This document shows positions 25,764 through 33,915 of a stretch of DNA of 36,691 bases, one piece after another. Within the stretch, counting starts at the first letter, position 1, and every line of letters starts with the position of its first letter. The translations under genes and the position numbers were made by a program. The stretch is from Burkholderiales bacterium (GTDB lineage Bacteria; Pseudomonadota; Gammaproteobacteria; Burkholderiales; JAEUOS01): assembly GCA_031362905.1 (NCBI GenBank), contig JANLTL010000498.1, positions 1-36,691 of the forward strand. Reading direction: 5' to 3'. Below the pieces are notes generated by a model. That model did no database searches. It was not told the DNA's origin and saw nothing but the letters and a program-made list of their open reading frames with translations.

Positions 25764-26522
25764 ATGCTCAGTCCCGACCAGATCGCCCAGTATCACGCCA
25801 ACGGCTACGTGGTGCCTGATTTTCAGGTGCCACCCGACGCGCTCGAAGCCATCAAGGCGCGTCACAACGCCCTGCTCGCTGACCACCCCGAGTTTCGCGA
25901 CTACTGCCCGGCCCTGTTTGATTACGACCTGGGCTTTCGTGACTTCGCCGCCAACCGCAACATCATCGACATGGTCGAGCAGTTGATCGGCGGTGACATT
26001 GCGCTGTGGAACATGAGTTTTTTCGCCAAGCCGGCCGGCAACGGCAAGCGCACGCCGTGGCATCAGGATGGCGAGTATTGGCCGATCCGCCCGCTTGCCA
26101 CCTGTACCGCGTGGCTCGCGGTGGATGACGCCACGGTGGAAAACGGTTGCCTGCGCGTGATTCGCGGTTCGCACCAGGAGCGCGCGCTCAAACGCCACAA
26201 CACGGTCACCGCCGCTGACGTCACCCTCACCCAGGAACTCGACCGCAGCGAATACGACGAATCGAAGGCCGACGACATCGTGCTCAAGGCCGGTCAGATC
26301 TCGCTGCACGATGTCTACCTTCTGCACGGCTCGGAGCCCAACACCTCGCCCAAACCACGGCGCGGCATCACCATGCGCTATATGCCCACCACCAGCGTGT
26401 TTGACCGCGATCTGGCGCAACAGAAAGCACAGAGCATCACCACCACCAATCATTCAAAGCGGCAGATTTTTCTGATGCGCGGCACCGATCGCAGCGGCCG
26501 CAATACTTTCGTGAACGCCTGA
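25764..26522 (+). CDS. phytanoyl-CoA dioxygenase (PhyH) family Fe(II)/2OG oxygenase
   Basis: PWHQD, AWLAVDDATVENGCL, HGSEPN, RRGI. Confidence 0.92.
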   Translation: MLSPDQIAQYHANGYVVPDFQVPPDALEAIKARHNALLADHPEFRDYCPALFDYDLGFRDFAANRNIIDMVEQLIGGDIALWNMSFFAKPAGNGKRTPWHQDGEYWPIRPLATCTAWLAVDDATVENGCLRVIRGSHQERALKRHNTVTAADVTLTQELDRSEYDESKADDIVLKAGQISLHDVYLLHGSEPNTSPKPRRGITMRYMPTTSVFDRDLAQQKAQSITTTNHSKRQIFLMRGTDRSGRNTFVNA

Positions 26523-26537
26523 CACCGCGCGCACACC

Positions 26538-27404
26538 ATGGACGGGACCGCCACCCCCTTTGACCGCGCCCACGAGAGCACCGGCAACATCGTGCTGCTG
26601 GAACACCTCAACGTCACCCAAAACGACCAGCGGCTCGCCTCGATCTTCTGGCTGCAGGGCCTGGGCTTCACACGTGACCCGTACATGCATGTGACCGACG
26701 TCAACATGTGGATCAACATTGGCCGCCAGCAGGTCCATTCGCCGACGCGGCCGCCGCAAGTACTGCGCGGCGTCGCCGGCCTGGTCATGCCCGATCTGGA
26801 GATCGCGCGCACCGGTCTGGCCAGCATCGGCAAGAAACTCGAAGGCACGCGCTTCGCGTGGGCCGATCACGGCGACACCATCGAGGCCACCTGCCCCTGG
26901 GGCAATCAGGTTCGCGTGCATGCGCCGCAAACCCGCTTCGGTCTGATGCGCCTTGGCATGCCCTATGTCGAACTGCAGGTGCCGCGTGGCGCCGCCGCCG
27001 GCATTGCCCGGTTTTATCAACAGATCATCCAAGCACCGGCACGACTGCAAAGTACCGATGGCAACAGCGCCGCCCACATCAGCGCTGGCGCCGCGCAGGA
27101 AATCATTTATCGGGAGACCGACGCTGCCATTGCGCCCTATGACGGGCATCACATCGCGCTCTACGTGGCCGACTTCGCGCGGCCGCATGCCGAACTGAAG
27201 AAGCGTGGCCTGATCAGTGAAGAGAGCGACCAGTGGCAATACCGGTTTGAGAAGATCATCGACCCGGACACCGGCGCGCATCTGTTTACCCTCGAGCACG
27301 AGGTGCGCAGCCTGACCCATCCGATGTTTGGGCGACCGCTGGTCAACCGCAATCCGTTGCAGGGACAGCGCAGCTATGTGCCCGGGCGTGATCCATTTTT
27401 TTAA
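26538..27404 (+). CDS. conserved hypothetical protein, VOC/glyoxalase-like
   Basis: LEHLNV, F..GLG, PWGN, HHIALY patterns; coding-like codon use; 15 bp after PhyH. Confidence 0.7.
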   Translation: MDGTATPFDRAHESTGNIVLLEHLNVTQNDQRLASIFWLQGLGFTRDPYMHVTDVNMWINIGRQQVHSPTRPPQVLRGVAGLVMPDLEIARTGLASIGKKLEGTRFAWADHGDTIEATCPWGNQVRVHAPQTRFGLMRLGMPYVELQVPRGAAAGIARFYQQIIQAPARLQSTDGNSAAHISAGAAQEIIYRETDAAIAPYDGHHIALYVADFARPHAELKKRGLISEESDQWQYRFEKIIDPDTGAHLFTLEHEVRSLTHPMFGRPLVNRNPLQGQRSYVPGRDPFF

Positions 27405-27429
27405 GGAGCCGCCGGGCAACTGCCAGTGC

Positions 27430-27462
27430 CTGCGCCGTCCGTGCGCGGCGCGGACGGCGCAG
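27430..27462. terminator. GC-rich hairpin between convergent genes
   Basis: CTGCGCCGTCCG-N9-CGGACGGCGCAG 12-bp stem; no clear T tract. Confidence 0.5.
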
Positions 27463-27523
27463 AAGGCCGCATAATCATTCGAAATCTCAAGGCGTGAGGG
27501 GACCGCATGTTCGATGCAGCCGT

Positions 27524-28567
27524 CTATGAACCAGCGCCAGTGCGGCATCCGGTGCACAAGGTCCAGTGGCTGGCGTCGCGCCGCTCAGCAATGATGCCGC
27601 GCAGCGAATCGATCACCTGGTCCGGCGCATCAATCGCATCCGCTGCCCGTCGCCGGCTGCGCTCGGCAAACGAACGGTCGAACGGCACGCGTACCGGCTC
27701 CCCCGGATTGAGCGGCCGTACATCGCGAATGCTTTGCGCATATTCGGCTACACGTGCCTGAAAATCATCGCCCGAGCCCGCCAACGCTGGATTGACAGCA
27801 AGAATAAACAAACCGCTGTCGCGCTGCGGCGCGGGTGCCGTGGCCTGGCCGGTCATCATGCCGAGCATCTGCACCATCATCGCCAGCCCTGAGCCCTTGT
27901 GGCCGCCCCAGACCGCGAAGGCGCCACCGAATGCGGCGGCCGGGTCGCGAGTTGGCTGCCCTTCGGCGTCGTAGGCCAGGCCCTCGGGGAGCTGTTCGCC
28001 AAGGCGGCGCTTGAGTGCGACCTCGCCGATCATCACGTTGGCGGTGCCGATGTCCCAGATTACCGGCGTGGTGCTCGACGGAAAACCGAAGGCGATCGGG
28101 TTGGTACCGTAGTGGCCTTCGGTGCCGCCGTGCGGCGCCACCTGCTGGGTGCCGCTGCCGGCGATCATGCCGACCAGGCCGGCCGCGGTGATCTGTTCGA
28201 GGTAATACGAATACATGCCGGTGTACCAGGTCTTGGATGCGCCGATCGCGGCGATGCCGGTCTGGCCCGCCTTGTCGATGGCGATGCGCGTGGCGCGCTG
28301 CCCGACCAGGTAGCCGACGTTGTCGCCGCCGTCGAGCGCAGCCGAGAACGGCGTTTGCTGCAGCACCGTGATCGGGCGCCGCGGTGTGGCGGTGGCGCGG
28401 ATGCGCTCGATCACCGACAGCGTGCGTGCGAGGCCGCCGTAGGCGAGGCCGCGCAATTCGCTGTCGATTAAATGATCGGCAATGATCGCGCATTCTTCGG
28501 CGCTGTGACCAACGGTAGCGAGCGTGGCTTCGACGAGACTGCGGGCTTCGCTGACTGAGAGTCGCAT
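27524..28567 (-). CDS. Ldh_2 (type 2 malate/L-lactate/sulfolactate dehydrogenase) family oxidoreductase
   Basis: ELRG, LDGGDNVG, GTNPIAFGFP, GQPTRDP, GGHKGSGL. Confidence 0.9.
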   Translation of the reverse strand: MRLSVSEARSLVEATLATVGHSAEECAIIADHLIDSELRGLAYGGLARTLSVIERIRATATPRRPITVLQQTPFSAALDGGDNVGYLVGQRATRIAIDKAGQTGIAAIGASKTWYTGMYSYYLEQITAAGLVGMIAGSGTQQVAPHGGTEGHYGTNPIAFGFPSSTTPVIWDIGTANVMIGEVALKRRLGEQLPEGLAYDAEGQPTRDPAAAFGGAFAVWGGHKGSGLAMMVQMLGMMTGQATAPAPQRDSGLFILAVNPALAGSGDDFQARVAEYAQSIRDVRPLNPGEPVRVPFDRSFAERSRRRAADAIDAPDQVIDSLRGIIAERRDASHWTLCTGCRTGAGS

Positions 28568-28585
28568 GCTGGCTTCGGTGATCGT

Positions 28586-29083
28586 TCAGGGATTCGGAAG
28601 GTTCGGAAGATTCAAGCGTTCGGAAGCGTGTTCGGTATCCGGCGCGCAGGTGCGGGGTACTGATGCCGAGGCTGGTAATCCGAACACCCGGTCAAAGCCC
28701 CAGGTGAAGGCAAAGGTGTAAACGAAAAAGAAAATGTTCAGGCCCAGGTTGACCATGAACGAGCGCAGGTAGCTGATTTCCAGCCACCATGCCGCCACCG
28801 GCAGCAGCACCACCAGAAAGCCGATTTCGAACCCCACCGCGTGCAGCACGCGCCGGCCGAAGCCGCGGCCGCGCGTCTGGCGCCCGGCTTCCCAGCGCTC
28901 GAACAACGCGTTGTAGCCGAAGTTCCAGACCACCGCAAAGATGGAAGCGAAGATCGCCAGGGCACCGGCGCGTTCGATGCCGCTGTCGCTGACGCTGGAG
29001 AAGCCCAAGGTACCGCACACGAGGGCGATCGCTTCGTACAAGCCGACGTAGACGATCTTGCGCTTGATGCCTTGCAGGGCCAT
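28586..29083 (-). CDS. PACE family efflux transporter (AceI-like)
   Basis: two repeats RKIVYVGLYE / RRVLHAVGFE, WNFGYNALFE, YTFAFTWGFD. Confidence 0.9.
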   Translation of the reverse strand: MALQGIKRKIVYVGLYEAIALVCGTLGFSSVSDSGIERAGALAIFASIFAVVWNFGYNALFERWEAGRQTRGRGFGRRVLHAVGFEIGFLVVLLPVAAWWLEISYLRSFMVNLGLNIFFFVYTFAFTWGFDRVFGLPASASVPRTCAPDTEHASERLNLPNLPNP

Positions 29084-29179
29084 GCTGAAATCCGTGGGGG
29101 TTTGCGCGTGGACGCCGCAACCGAATGGCAACGGCCCGCATTGTCACCGCAAATTGACGGCATCGAACATGGCGGCAGC

Positions 29180-30034
29180 TTATCCCGCGCAGTCCTTCAC
29201 CGCCAGCACACGCGTGCCGAAAACCAACTGCACTGCAAACTCGGTGGCCGAGCGCACCGTCACCGGCCCCGTCACCCTGCCCGGAAGCGCACAGCGGCCA
29301 AGTTCGAGCAGGCGGCCACCTTCGAGCCCCACCACACGTAGTTGACCGCGCGCCGCATCCGGCACCAGAAGGCGTATTTTTCCGGCAATCTGGATCGGCG
29401 TCGAAAGCGCCAGTTCCGGCGAACCGTAGGCGTGATTCGAGAAACCGCCGAGCGCCGCGATTTCCACCAGTGTTTTGCCTTGCCGCCGATACACCTTGAG
29501 CGTGCCGCCGATGTGCGGCGTGATCACTGCTGCAATTTCTGCGCGGCCGTCCCCATCCAGATCCACCACACCAACCGGATTGAGCCAGCGCATCGGCGTG
29601 CCGATGGCGGCTGCCTGGGCACTCTTCTCGAGCCGGCCCTTGTCCAGCCGAATCAATACCAGCCGCGCGCCGCTATCGCGCCGGCTGACAATGGAAAGGA
29701 TTTCCTGCGGTTCATCGGCGGCGAGCCTGACCAGACGCGGCGCGAGATCCTCAAACACCTCGTGCTCCGGCAAATCCAGCGTGGCCGTGCGTCCGGCATG
29801 CGTGGTGACGGCAAGGCGCGCATATTCATGCGGCCGGCCGAGTGCGAAATGCCCGTAGCGCTCAGTTGGTATTTCATAGCGGGCGCTGGCAATGCTTTCA
29901 GCCGCGGCAGGCATGCAGGCCAGCCACAACGCTGCGAACACCACCAGCGCGGCCGTGGTCACCTTCGGGAGGAAGCGCTGCAACCCCGAAATCGGGTGGA
30001 AGCCTTCATCCATCACTGCGTCTACATGGCCCAA
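29180..30034 (-). CDS. exported hypothetical protein with FG-GAP/VCBS-like motif
   Basis: signal-like segment, PTERYGHFALG, VFEDLAPRL, DLDGDGRAEI, TPHIGG; start uncertain. Confidence 0.7.
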   Translation of the reverse strand: MGHVDAVMDEGFHPISGLQRFLPKVTTAALVVFAALWLACMPAAAESIASARYEIPTERYGHFALGRPHEYARLAVTTHAGRTATLDLPEHEVFEDLAPRLVRLAADEPQEILSIVSRRDSGARLVLIRLDKGRLEKSAQAAAIGTPMRWLNPVGVVDLDGDGRAEIAAVITPHIGGTLKVYRRQGKTLVEIAALGGFSNHAYGSPELALSTPIQIAGKIRLLVPDAARGQLRVVGLEGGRLLELGRCALPGRVTGPVTVRSATEFAVQLVFGTRVLAVKDCAG

Positions 30035-30099
30035 TGATGCGACTCAGCAACGCCTGGTGCTGCATGATCGTTGCCAAGCGCCCTTGTGCGATCACTTTT

Positions 30100-30354
30100 T
30101 CAGTTTCCGGCCGCAGCGGCGCACCCGGCAGGTTTATAGACCCGCTCTGTGGAGGCTGGAAACTTGGCCAGCTTGTTTGCCGGGCGGCGCGGCCGCACAA
30201 CCAGCTCGCCGCCGCAGTTCGGGCATTTTCCGCTCAGTTTGTCCGTGGCGCAGGACACGCAGAATGTGCACTCGAAAGAGCAGATACGTGCTTCACTAGA
30301 CTCCGGTGGAAGAGCCATGTTGCAGCATTCACAGTTGGGCCGGAGTTGGAGCAT
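30100..30354 (-). CDS. DUF1272 family Cys-rich protein
   Basis: MLQLRPNCECC, ICSFECTFC, CPNCGGEL, RPRR. Confidence 0.92.
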   Translation of the reverse strand: MLQLRPNCECCNMALPPESSEARICSFECTFCVSCATDKLSGKCPNCGGELVVRPRRPANKLAKFPASTERVYKPAGCAAAAGN

Positions 30355-30420
30355 TGCATTCCCCTGGCTTGTTGAAGGGATTGATGAGAAAGGAGTGACG
30401 GAGGCTTGTCAGGCGAGTAC

Positions 30421-30481
30421 GCGCAACGCCGCAGATGTGCGGACCCGCCGAAGGCGGATCCGAACGAGCGAATGGTTGGCT
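30421..30481 (-). mobile_element. degenerate integron attC-like site
   Basis: minus strand AGCCAAC-CATTC-GCTCGTTC-GGATCCGCCTTCGGCGGGTCC-GCACATC-TGCGGC-GTTGCGC = R''/5/L''/central hairpin/L'/6/R' spacing, 61 bp. Confidence 0.6.
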
Positions 30482-30582
30482 GCCGCATTGTTGGGCAAGA
30501 CCGACTCTTGCCCTCAGGTCTTCGAGGCGACCACTTTGTGCTGCGGTCACGACCGCAGCACCTTCCATGCATCCGGCGCCGA

Positions 30583-31155
30583 CTACTTTGCGAGTGCGCG
30601 GCGGAAGTCCGGATCGTCGACCAATTTTGCTACTAGTGTCTTGTACAACGCGCCATATTGGTTCATGGCTGTTGGGATGGCCACCGCGCCCAAGAACGAT
30701 GATTCCCAACTCGCTTCGGCTGCGACTTCTTTCTCATACACCACGCGGCCGCCGTTCGTGATTGTGAAGCGTGCCGCCAGGCGGCTGGTGCCGGTCCCGA
30801 TGGCCGCGTCAACCTTGCTGTCGGTTAGCTGGCCCTCGATGATTGAGGTAGATGCTGGGTTGAATAGCCCCGAAGCGGTGAGCTCGGCCACCAGCGTGTC
30901 CTTCAGGAACTGTGACCAACTTCCCTTGCCAGGTGCCAGCGTGCTACCTCGAAGGCCGCTAAGCGTGGTGTCCATTGCCGGGTCCTTCCCGGCTGCGAGC
31001 TTGAACGAGCCGACTTGTGCAGGTGCCAAATTGGCTGCACGCAGCTTCTCGACGGTGGCTGGGGTGGCGCCGGTGGCATCGAGTTTGATGTTGGCGCAAC
31101 CAGTGATGGCGAGCGCGAAAACGAGTGGAACTGAGCGAAGTGCGAGACGGATCAT
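30583..31155 (-). CDS. putative lipoprotein
   Basis: signal peptide with lipobox ITGC; ATGA-coupled to upstream gene. Confidence 0.8.
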   Translation of the reverse strand: MIRLALRSVPLVFALAITGCANIKLDATGATPATVEKLRAANLAPAQVGSFKLAAGKDPAMDTTLSGLRGSTLAPGKGSWSQFLKDTLVAELTASGLFNPASTSIIEGQLTDSKVDAAIGTGTSRLAARFTITNGGRVVYEKEVAAEASWESSFLGAVAIPTAMNQYGALYKTLVAKLVDDPDFRRALAK

Positions 31156-31757
31156 GGGAATGCGGCCTCCAGGGAAAGGTCGTTAAGGGTGCGGCTGATG
31201 AGCTGTCGAAGCATCGTTGTCACTGCCTCGGCAACGCTGGGCATTTTCAGGGAACCAGGTGGTGGCGAACCAGAGCCGAGGCTGGTATAGATGACGTGCT
31301 TTCCGCTACGTTGCAAAGTAGGGGCTCCGCTGCGTCCGGGCGTGTATCGCAGCGTGCCCTCATAGCCGTCGCCCACGGTTTGGCCGGCAATACCGAAGGT
31401 AAGGCCGGCAATGAAGCCTTTGCCGGCTGCATCGTCGGAGAGCGGTACGTTGTTGACGGTGACGGAGAGCAACGCACCTCCGGCGTCCGGTAAGTCGCTG
31501 ACACTACTGAACAGGCCGCTCGCGACGATTTGCTCGCTTACGCGAGCCTTCAGGAGCTCAGTCGCTCGTGCGTTGGCCACCCCTCTGGTCTGAAACTCCC
31601 AGAGAAGTTGCACCCCGGCAGGGGAGGCGGGCTTCTTGTACTGGGCACTGGGAACTTCGGGGGCATTGCCGTCCACATAAAAGGCGGCGCAGCCACCCAA
31701 AAATGACATCACTGCTGCCAGTAACAACGAGCGCAGCGCACCTACAAAACGCGTCAT
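31152..31757 (-). CDS. putative lipoprotein
   Basis: lipobox LGGC; FIAGLTFGIAG glycine-rich segment; AGGGAG RBS before ATG 31757. Confidence 0.8.
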   Translation of the reverse strand: MTRFVGALRSLLLAAVMSFLGGCAAFYVDGNAPEVPSAQYKKPASPAGVQLLWEFQTRGVANARATELLKARVSEQIVASGLFSSVSDLPDAGGALLSVTVNNVPLSDDAAGKGFIAGLTFGIAGQTVGDGYEGTLRYTPGRSGAPTLQRSGKHVIYTSLGSGSPPPGSLKMPSVAEAVTTMLRQLISRTLNDLSLEAAFP

Positions 31758-31844
31758 AAATTTCTCCCTGTGTAAACGCGGATTCCATTCTAATCCCCGG
31801 CAAGGCATCACGCTGCCTCCTATGCCGGGGCCGGTGTCTGATCG

Positions 31845-32312
31845 CTAGGCAGGGTGTTGCGTGAGGGAGCGGCGCACCGGTGCAAGAGGGCCGCAGAGGA
31901 CGAGGCGACCGGACTCGCAGCAAGGGCAGCGCGTCACATCAAGCTGCGCCGCCCTGGTCATGAACGCTGCGACCGACTCGATCACCAGAGGTGCTGGTGG
32001 CGGCAGATCGGACAACGCACGGCATACGGCCAACTTCGCAGTCTTATGCCGGCTGGCCAGCAAGCCGAAATGGCGAATCCGCTTGAACCCCGCAGGCAGC
32101 ACGTGAGACAGAAAGCGGCCGATGAACTCAACTGCCGGCAACTCAACGGTACGGCGATGATTCGCTGCGGCAGCATCGCGCACCCGGAACGCCACCCGGT
32201 CATCGTGCAAGCCCACGATACGGTCGTTCGAGATGGCGACCTTATGTGTGTAACGCGCCAGATACTCCAACACCTCGGCCGGCCCCCCCCATAGGCGACT
32301 TCGCATACAGCG
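31845..32312 (-). pseudogene. IS91-family (Y2 HUH) transposase, C-terminal remnant
   Basis: YAKSPMGG / PAEVLEYLARYTHKVAISNDRI, EFIGRFLSHVLPAGFKRIRHFGLLA, CPCC; N-terminal zinc/HUH part absent; frameshift in C8 run 32283-32290. Confidence 0.88.
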
Positions 32313-32331
32313 GGCGACTTCGCATACAGCG
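32294..32331. repeat. perfect 19-bp tandem duplication at transposase truncation point
   Basis: GGCGACTTCGCATACAGCG x2 (32294-32312, 32313-32331). Confidence 0.95.
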
Positions 32332-32412
32332 CCCGATTCTAGAGGCGACCGGGCCGTTCCCCATCCCCAATACTTGATGAGACGGTTCGCCAGAGCCCCT
32401 GACCGGCACCGG

Positions 32413-32474
32413 CCTGAAACCCTTGGTAGCCAAGGGCTGTGGCTTTTTGAATGGTGAAACCCTTGGTGGGAGCG
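32413..32474 (+). repeat. two copies of dispersed repeat family downstream of ispD
   Basis: CCTGAAACCCTTGGTAGCCAAGGG (32413-32436) and TGAAACCCTTGGTGGGAGCG (32455-32474). Confidence 0.8.
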
Positions 32475-32492
32475 GCTCTTCGACTGATGCCA

Positions 32493-33173
32493 CTATAACG
32501 TTTTGAGGTAGGTCTCAGCCACGGCAACGTCCGCCGGGTAGGTGACCTTGATGTTTCTTGCATCACCCGCCACCAGCTTTGGCTTCAACCCCGCGCGTTC
32601 GATGGCGGCGGCTTCGTCCGTCACATCCGGAAAGCGTTGCAGTGCCTCGCGCAGCACGCCATAGCGAAACATCTGCGGCGTTTGCGCCAGCCACAGGCCT
32701 TCGCGCGAGATGGTTTCGGCCACGCGGCCGTCTGCGCTTGCGCGCTTCACCGTGTCCGGCACGGGCAGTGCGAGCAAACCGCCGATCTCGTCATCCTCAA
32801 GCGTGGCGATGAGGCTTTCGATCATGGCTGGCGTGATGCAGGGTCTCGCGGCGTCGTGCACCAGCACCCAGTCCTCGGCATCAGCGTCAATCGTATCAAG
32901 ACCGTTCAGCACGCTTTGCGCGCGCGTTGCGCCGCCAACGCGGTGAATGTGCGCATTGCCCCAGGAAGCCCTCCCACCAAGGGTTTCCAGCCAGTTGTCG
33001 TCGGGCGCGATGACCACGTGGACGGCATCGATGCATGTACATGCGCTGAACGCGGCAAGCGTGTGGGCCAGCATGGGTTTGCCGAGCAGCGGCGCGTACT
33101 GCTTTGGCACTTGCGTGCCGGCGCGCGCGCCCACGCCGGCGGCGGGGATCAATGCAAAGTAGCGCGGTGACAT
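32493..33173 (-). CDS. ispD: 2-C-methyl-D-erythritol 4-phosphate cytidylyltransferase
   Basis: IPAAGVGAR, PKQY, GGATRAQSV, VHDAARP, AQTPQMF, TDEA, NIKVTYP. Confidence 0.98.
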   Translation of the reverse strand: MSPRYFALIPAAGVGARAGTQVPKQYAPLLGKPMLAHTLAAFSACTCIDAVHVVIAPDDNWLETLGGRASWGNAHIHRVGGATRAQSVLNGLDTIDADAEDWVLVHDAARPCITPAMIESLIATLEDDEIGGLLALPVPDTVKRASADGRVAETISREGLWLAQTPQMFRYGVLREALQRFPDVTDEAAAIERAGLKPKLVAGDARNIKVTYPADVAVAETYLKTL

Positions 33174-33181
33174 CGCCTTCG

Positions 33182-33424
33182 TTAGCCAAACAGGGTTTGC
33201 TTGACGACTTCAATGTTGACGCGCGCGTGGGCCGCGACGTCGCTCAGAATGGCTGCGAGCGTGCCGATCTTGACCGGGTCGTGCGCCGGCAAGGTAATGT
33301 GATGTTGCGACGGACTGTCGGTCGTCAGGCGAATATGACTGCCGGTTTGCCGTGTGGTGCGGTAGCCATATGCCGTGAGCCGCCTGGCCAGGTCCATGCC
33401 AGAAACGTCGCGCGGCAACTTCAC
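33182..33424 (-). CDS. hicA: HicA-family toxin
   Basis: GY-x3-RQTGSHIRL, ITLPAH, KIGTLAAIL. Confidence 0.9.
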   Translation of the reverse strand: MKLPRDVSGMDLARRLTAYGYRTTRQTGSHIRLTTDSPSQHHITLPAHDPVKIGTLAAILSDVAAHARVNIEVVKQTLFG

Positions 33425-33627
33425 GCCGCAATCACCTCATCGCGCACAAAGTGCAGCCGGATCAACTTCGGGGCGGTGCCCTCATCAAAGTGGCAATGCA
33501 CCGCGTCTCGCACCTGCGCATGCAATTGTTCGAACGAATCGGCTTCGGCAAATATCGACTCACCCGCGGCACGCGCGGTATAGCCACCTTCGGGTGCTTC
33601 TTCGACGATGAAAATTATCTCGGTCAT
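33421..33627 (-). CDS. short HicB-like antitoxin without DNA-binding domain
   Basis: EIIFIVEEAPEGGYTARA..IFAEADS.EQL..VRDAV; 68 aa; GTGA overlap with hicA. Confidence 0.8.
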   Translation of the reverse strand: MTEIIFIVEEAPEGGYTARAAGESIFAEADSFEQLHAQVRDAVHCHFDEGTAPKLIRLHFVRDEVIAA

Positions 33628-33813
33628 TGTCTCGGCGATCCAGCGCTGCAAAACCCTAGTCTACCTGATGCGTGACGGCGCCGGAATGCAGGCATCCGAG
33701 AGATGCGCGACTGCCAGAGTGCCTGATCTGGCAGTTCCTGGTTTGGCGCTCGTCTCTTCTGGCCCTCAGCCTTGACCGGGCAGAACGCACGATTTCGGGA
33801 AGAGGTGCTCTCG

Positions 33814-33819
33814 TATAAT
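33814..33819 (+). promoter_or_regulatory. possible -10 box for mfd
   Basis: TATAAT ~100 bp upstream of mfd; no good -35. Confidence 0.4.
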
Positions 33820-33915
33820 GCCGTCTGAAAATCAGTGCCGCCATACGTTGTACGCGCCTCGAGTCTTCGCGGCGCGTTTTGCATTTGTAGCTCCCGCTTT
33901 CATCCATTTTTCAGC

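Noticed and set aside
32294-32474. Mini CRISPR array
   Set aside because: The 19-bp copies have no spacer, other repeats are irregular, no cas genes
33818-33829. ATGCCGTCTGAA, identical to the Neisseria DNA uptake sequence
   Set aside because: Only one copy seen in 36.7 kb; DUS-using genomes carry roughly one per kb; it overlaps a TATAAT box and is probably chance
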